From the human T2T-CHM13v2.0 reference genome, Homo sapiens, in the NCBI RefSeq assembly GCF_009914755.1, contig NC_060928.1: a stretch of 64,000 bases of DNA; one strand, given 5' to 3'. This document shows positions 57,014 through 64,000 of this stretch, piece by piece. The notes below the pieces were generated by a model. That model made no database searches. It was not told where the DNA came from and saw only the letters and a program-made list of their open reading frames with translations. Both the position numbers and the translations under genes were made by a program. Position 1 is the stretch's first letter; each line of letters opens with the position of its first letter.

Positions 57014-58365
57014 AATATTAGACAAGCTGACTCTTAAATTAATAGTATAATAAGACACCAAGACTTCATAGGATTTGTGAATATTTTCAGTTATGCTCTT
57101 GAAGAGCATAACATAAAAGAACATTTTGCCTACTCTTTTACTGATTTTCTATTGCATATTATCTATTTCACTTTGAAAACTACTGATAGATCTTACATGT
57201 CAACATCTGTTCAACTTGATAGCTAGATATTAAATCTATCCTATATACTTCATATTGTATTTTGTATGGGGAGAGTATTAATAAAATAATTATAAACTAC
57301 GGTATTTTTTAAACTAGTTAATAATCTAACAAGCTCCATTGGACATAATATCTAGGTTCAAATTATCATCTACATGTTAGGGTTATATTTTGGGATATGT
57401 GTCTCTAAACATTTTAATGTTTAAGAGAAATGAAATTTCCCTCTATATATCTCACCCAGAGTTGATGTAATGTAACCCATTTTGATTTAGTACCTCACTA
57501 TGATAGTTATCAGTGATAATAAATAAACAATGCACTAACTTTCACTCAACCAGTTGCTTTTGAAAACTTGAAATGTCCTGAGAATGCAGAAAGCATAATC
57601 TATAAACATTCAGGATTACAGAAACCAGATACTGTATGGCCTCTGACAGGAATCTCTGAATCTCTTTAAGTACAGTTGTTACAGTTTTGAGGCACCTTGG
57701 GTTACTGTGGTTCCACAAGCCCATCATTATTTACCATAGGCACTGCTGCCACCTTTTCTCTCTATCTTTGTCGGTCATTGGCTTGAAATTCCATAACTGC
57801 AAAGTGGTCTGAGACCTTAAAGGTTCTAATAGTGTCTTTGTAAATTTTGAGCTAAATTTCAATAGAGGAAAACAAAGTTACAGCACTTGTGATTTATTAT
57901 CTTACAGTTTTAAGTGATCTAAATCTTCAGAGAGCTATATCTAACACATAGTAGATATTCCAAAATTTTTAGCTGAATCTGAATCTACATATATAATCAG
58001 AGCATAAACAAATGAGATAAGCAACAATGTAAGGCAACATTAAATTAAAAAGAATAGAGATGACAGTGAGATTTTGATAAAAGGGAAAATAATACTGTCT
58101 GAAGAAAAAAATATTATAACTAAAGTCTAGGCCAAGGAGTAATGTTTTATAAATGTAATTAAACCTAGAAATTTGAAGTCACTGGGAAACCACTGAACAT
58201 TTTTGAACTAGATAATAAGTTAAAATCCAGTATGCTGGTAATACCCACTGAGGAGGCTTATCTACATCGTTTTTTGTTCATAAAAATTTACTTGGAACCT
58301 GATGTTAGGCACTAGGGATTCAGTAGTGATAAGTTACAAAATACACCGGTCCTATGAGGGATATA

Positions 58366-58435
58366 TTAGATTGGTGCAAAATTTTTTGCTATTAATTACA
58401 ATGGCAAAAATCACAAGTACTTTGTACTAACCTGA
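58366..58435. mobile_element. MADE1 (degenerate, small internal deletion)
   Basis: ta-ttagattggtgcaaaa...aatggcaaaaatcacaagtactttgtactaacctga-ta. Confidence 0.8.
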
Positions 58436-59237
58436 TACTATATACATTGAAAGAGATTTGTAAGATTAGAAGAAATATTTCTATAGAGTTAGTTTTAAGT
58501 ACGCTATAATTGCATGAAATAATATACTAACCCTGATTTCAGATGGCATTTTTGAAAAATTGAAGGCTTTTTAAAACCTAAGCTGCTATCTCTAATTTCC
58601 TATTCTACAATTAATTTCATAATTCTTAAGAAAATCTATGCTACTTTATAGAAAAAGACACTGTTAATAATGACCTCTGCAAATTTATCTAATCCATAAA
58701 TTTATCAATATTTGCTCCAATCTTGTCACAATTTTTATTCTCTTTTATTTCTTCTCTGCCTTGTTTCTTGATAAATTAGCTTTTATTTCATCTTCTTTAT
58801 ATAACTCATTACATGCTGACATCTTTCTACACAATTATACTCTGATTGCACTTACTAAAATTACTAAGAGTTTAGAAGTCCAACTGTCTTTAACAAATTG
58901 ATTTATATTCTTTTGTGCATGATTTAACAATTCCTCTCTCTCTTCTTTATATCTTTGTTTTTCTTTTTAATCAAGCTTCCAGGTGCCATCCATGAGTTAG
59001 AAATAAATAGGCAAGACAAAAATTATGAGAGAGCAACATTGTTACAAAAGTCAAGAGACAAGGTACAAAGAAGAATTTCCAACTATTACGTATCTATAAA
59101 TATTAAAAAGAAAAAGATATAAAGAAGAGAAAGAGGAATTGTTAAATCATGCAAAAGGGAGTAGAAATAAATTTCTTAAAGACATCTGGACTTCTAAACT
59201 CTCAGTAATTTTAGTTAAGTGTAATCAGAGTATAATT

Positions 59238-60348
59238 GAGTCCCAAACAAGGTGTCACAGCCCTGGCTCAGGGAGCTCCTACGTCTTGGCTCCCTGAAGG
59301 GCTTCAGCTCTTCTCTCCCTCGTGCTGCTAGAAAGGTGATGAGCAAGGAGCATGTTTCAGCCCTATTTGTGTTACAGTTTTCTCAGCCCCACTATTCAGC
59401 AGTTCCCGTGTTCTTATCCCGTTCCCAGGAAGAATTAGGTATGTGGGCAAGTGGAGGGTAAGCAAGGTGAAGAGGAGCTTTATTGAGTGATAGAACAGCT
59501 CAGAGGACACCTGCAGTGGGTAGCTCCTCTCCACAGCCAGGGTGTCCTGACAAGTGTTCAGCACTCCGCAGAGAGGAGACACGAATGGGTAGGTACACTA
59601 TGCAGCTGGCCGTCCCAATGTCTCTTCAAGTCTGGCTGAATCCAGGGCTTTTATGGGCTTCAGAGGGAAGTGCATGCTGACTGGTTCCTGGGTGGCCATG
59701 GGCAGGCCCAGAAAAAGCAGAGTAAGTTTCCACTCCCGTCCGGGGACTGGCAGCCTGGCCCCCAGGATTCAGGCCTTCTCCCGCTTAAAGGTGGGGTTTC
59801 ACCAGGGACCCACCCCTTTCCGCCAAGGAGTCTGTCTGCCTTCTACCACTGATAATGGTGCCCAGGATTCCCTCCTGTGCTTGTCAGCACCCAAAGTCTG
59901 GAGTCAGCACTGCCCGGAGCTTGCTCACACCTGGCCGGGTTGCAACAGCTTTGATCTTGGCCTCAAATTTGCTATGAGATCAGAGTCGGTGTTGGGAGTG
60001 GGGAAAGGCCAGGCAGTGGGAGCAGGCACCTCTGAGCCTGAGAGGAAAGTGAGTCCTTTCCAGTCCGTTTCCAAGAGTGCAGAGGTGCCTGATTCCACAG
60101 CTGCAGCTGCACTCAGGAGGGTGGGGCTCCTGCCTGCTCCCAGCCCGAAGAGCATAGGGATGCCCCGGTCCATATCCGTGGCTAGGCAGCAGCAGCTGCA
60201 CCCAGGGAGTACCCGGCTCCCGCTCTGCCAACTCAGAAGCGGGCAGGGCGCTCGCTGGCTACATGGAGTGCACAGCCTCTACTGCACGTCTCTCACTGAA
60301 GCCAGCATTATGGCTGCAGCAGCACCAAACAGACCACTGCTGCCATCC
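59238..60348 (-). mobile_element. MER52 (MER52A-like, ERV1) LTR lacking its 3' portion
   Basis: GC-rich block; minus strand starts gatggcagcagtgg; gaagaggagctttattgag, aagtctggctga, ggtggggtttcaccagggaccc. Confidence 0.85.
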
Positions 60349-60369
60349 ATAGCATTTTTTAAATGTGTT

Positions 60370-60610
60370 TGAGAGATGGTAGTGTTATTTTCAAGCTAAG
60401 CGATATTGGAAAGGAGTAGATTTCGAGCAATGGTAATAAATTCCAAGTTGGCGAATGTTAAGTTTTAGATGTCTGTGAGACATCTCAGTGAAAATATCCA
60501 ATAAGCAGTGGAATATAAATTTCTTGAGTTGAAAATAAGGTATGGATTGGTTATATTGCTAAGAAAGTAATCAGCAGATGCAACTTGCCTTGAAAATTTC
60601 ATGCTCACAG
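60370..60610 (-). mobile_element. L2 fragment
   Basis: atgttaagttttagatgtctgtgagacatctcagtgaaaatatccaataagcagtggaatata. Confidence 0.75.
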
Positions 60611-61799
60611 TATCAAGTGTGTATTGAAGTTCCATCAGGATGCTGCACAAAAACCTAACCTAAAAAGATAAGAAAAACATGAGATTCAAATGGTCTCAAA
60701 TCTTTCCTTTTCCTCTTTATTTCTATAAATGATATTACTAAATTTCTAAAGTTAGAAAGTCCAGAGTCATTCTTGACCATCTTTCTTTCAATTATATTAA
60801 ATAAAAATATCTCAAATTGTTCAATTTGACTTCATCTTCCCTCTCACAGATTTAAATAAATGTTTCATCACTTTAACTACTATTACAGTCTCCTACAGAG
60901 TCTCCTGTTTACAATTCATTTCCCAAGTATTATCTTCTTTTATGAATTTCAAACCCTTTCAACTGACTTTCTTCTGCCTGAAATATCTTGATGGAAATTA
61001 CTCATTGCTTTTTTTCCATTCTTTTTCCTTTCTTCTTATACATTTTCCCCATCTATCTATAGATGTAGACATTTAATTATTTATATTCATTGACCTTTAG
61101 AAGGTATGTCATTTATTATGTAATTACCTCAGGATACGGATTTTAAGTAATTTCTACAATAAAAATTTATATCCATAATATCTTTATTAGTGAATTTTTT
61201 TAATTGGTACTGTTAGACCTTAATATCAGAAAACTGGTGGCTGATAAAATAACTAACAGTGATTATCTTTATTAAATAAGATGTTTCTTCATGGAGAGAT
61301 TTTGCAATTAGCTACTTAGTTCAAAAGGCACATAACTAGTGGTGACATGTGGCACTTATAATTACGTGTAAGATTATACACTCATGTATGTTGAAATTTA
61401 TGTTTAGATATAAAGACATTTATGATTTGATTCCTATTTATTGACATCAACCAGGTTTGAAAAGTTTAAAAGCTAAAAACGACAAGGAATGAAGCTACAA
61501 AAGTTGTAGGGACATTCTGAAATAACTACAGTTGTTTAATTTGTTTTAATCAGAGAAGTCAGTAACAACATTAACAAGAAGACCATTAGAAAACAAAGGA
61601 TTTTTCAACGATGTGGCATTTTCACATGTGAAAATGGAGAAGGATATCATTAAAATAGAAATTTTAGCATATATATTCTAAAATACAAAAAAGAAGCTTC
61701 CAAAATCTTACTTAGAAGTTAATCAAGATACTTATAGGTTTTATGTCTGTTTGAATTCATTGAAACATAAATATACTATAATTATTATCACTATGTAGT

Positions 61800-62024
61800 A
61801 CTAATTGCAGTTTATCATAATGTATTATACATTAGAAGTTTGCCTAAAAATTTATCTTAAGTGTTCTCACACACAAAAAGTAAATATGTGAAGTGATGGA
61901 TAGGTTGATAAGCTTGATTATGGAAATCATTTCATAATATATATGTACATTAAAATGTCATGTTTACATTTCAAATATATACAATGTTTATTTGTCAATT
62001 GTAACTTAATAAAGCTGAAAAAAA
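61800..62024 (+). mobile_element. L1MA9-like 3' terminus
   Basis: atcttaagtgttctcacacacaaaa...aatcatttcat...tttgtcaatt...aataaagctgaaaaaaa. Confidence 0.8.
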
Positions 62025-62584
62025 TCGATGTAGTAATTATACTAATGATTATATTACATGTATTATATGTCATCCTTAATTGTCATAACATGTTTAAAAA
62101 TAGTGCCCAATTAAACCTTGATTAGGTGACTCCTACATTGAATTATAGATTTATGTGAAAATAGAAGTTTAAAAAGTAAAGAAAGAAAAAGTTATTTCAG
62201 CAAACATTTGTACAACATTGTGCTTATTATGCACTTACATTTGTTTTTAATTAAACCTAAAGAGAATATGAGTTAAATCATATTGCATTACATGAAAATT
62301 TATTCATCATCAATCATGTTTTGGGGAGAAATTATGTTTTTTCATGGACATAGGTTAGGACTATGGAACTTCAGCAACTTATTTTTTTTTTTTATTTTTT
62401 TGCAGGTTGGAAATCAAGTGATAAAGCTGAGAGACATGAGTTTCCCTCAAGGGATGATTTTACATCCATTTTGAAATATTACATAGATTTCTGTTTCTCT
62501 TATATATTTACACCAGTGTTATTTATAAATTCATTTACTTTTAAAATAAATATTAACTGAGAACCTATTTTATACCAGGTACAA

Positions 62585-64000
62585 TTTTAATTTTTTAATT
62601 TTTATCATAATAGGCATATATATGTATATATAGTACATGTGGCGTTTTGATACAGTAATACAACATGTAATAATCAAATCAGGGTAACGGGGTATCCTCA
62701 CTGAAAGCATTTATCATTTCTTTGAGTTAAGAACATTATAGTGTTTCCCTTTTCATTATTTTAAGACATACTCTGAATTATTGACTGTAGTTACCTTGTC
62801 AGTACTATCAAATATTAGACCTTATTCTTTCTAACTACATTTTTGTACCCATTAAACATCCCACTTTCTCTCTTCCTCCTTGCTATCCTTCCCAGCATCT
62901 GGTCAGCATCATTGTACTCTCAAACTCTATGACTCCATTGTTTTAATTTTTAGTGCCACATATAAGTGAAATAATATAAACTTTGTATTTCTCTGCCAGG
63001 CTTATTTCACTTAACATAATGTCCTCCAGTTCCATCCATCCTGTTGCAAATGACATGGTTTTATTCTTTTTTATGATTGAATAATATTCCACTGGGTTTA
63101 TGTATCATATTTTCTTTATCTGTTCATCTTTTGATGGAAACTTAGGTTAATTCCAAATCTTGCCTATTGTGAATAGTGCTGCAATAAACATGGGAATGCA
63201 GATACCTCTTCAATTTATTGATTTCCTTTCTTTAGGGTATATACCTATCAGTGATATTGCTGGATCACATGGTAGTTCTATTTCTAGTTTTTTAAGAAAC
63301 CTCCATTCTGCTTCTCTATAGTGGCTGTAATAATTTATTGTCACCAAGAGTGTATGAAGTTTCCTCTTTCTCCACATCCTCACCAACATTTATTATTGTC
63401 TGACTTTTTGATAAAAGCCATCTTAACTGGGATAAGATAATATCTCATTGTAGGTTTGATTTGCATTTATCTGATAATTAATTATATTGCACATTTTTAT
63501 ATACATGTTGGCCTTTCCATATGTCTCCTTCTGAGAAATGTCTATTCACATATTTTGCCCAGTATATTATTTTTCTTATTGAGGTGTTGGGCTACCTTGT
63601 ATATTCTGGTTATTGAACCCTTGTCAAATAGGCAGTTTGCAAATATTTTCCCTCATTGTTTAGGTTGTCTGATCAATTTATTAACTGTATCCTCTGCTGG
63701 AGAGAAGCTTTTTAGCTTGATGAGATCCTATTGGTCCATGTTTATTTTTGTTGCCTGTGCTTTTCAGATATTACTCAAGAAATCTTTGTCCAGACCAATG
63801 TCCTGGAAAGTTTCTGCACTATTTTTTTCAATACTTTCATAGTTTCAGGTTTTAGATTTAAGTCCTTAATCAAATTTTGATTTGATTTTTGTATGTGATG
63901 ACAGATAGGAGTCTAGTTTCATTTTTCTGCATGTGGATGTCCAGTTTTCTCATCATTTATTGGAGAGACTGTCCTCTCCCTGATGTATATTCTTGGCACC
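62585..64000 (-). mobile_element. L1MA (MA2-4-like) 3' end, runs off the window
   Basis: gtaataatcaaatcagggta...cttatttcacttaacataatgtcctccagttccatccat...gggaatgcagatacctcttc. Confidence 0.88.

Noticed and set aside
59653-60372. 239-aa ORF
   Set aside because: Lies almost wholly within the GC-rich MER52 LTR, where stops are rare; no recognisable domain
62380-62460. Strong acceptor-like T tract ending tgcAG
   Set aside because: No convincing downstream donor; T runs are abundant here

Overview
This 64-kb window is AT-rich, gene-poor mammalian DNA. Primate-specific Alu, L1PA, MADE1 and MER52 elements point to human or another primate. I find no protein-coding gene: the long ORFs derive from L1, Alu or LTR sequence or are chance frames. 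The window is a layered record of transposition: L1 (L1PA2-like to L1M), Alu, MIR, L2, a CR1/L3 remnant, MaLR/ERVL/ERV1 LTRs, Tigger3a, MER20, MER5A and MADE1/MADE2. Two small-RNA retrocopies lie about 0.8 kb apart: a Y3 pseudogene and a full-length U6 fused directly to an old L1 ORF2 segment (U6/L1 chimera). The most unusual structure is a 218-bp inverted repeat at 56.8-57.0 kb, built from two inside-out MADE1 halves plus inverted-duplicated unique DNA around an 18-bp tandem loop. Also notable are a twin-primed L1 with perfect 16-bp TSDs, an AT palindrome flanked by a 15-bp duplication, an orphan A44 tract and a few exon/enhancer candidates. I cannot support a new multi-gene system. All family and subfamily calls are by-eye recognition of remembered consensus sequences, and boundaries of old repeats are approximate.
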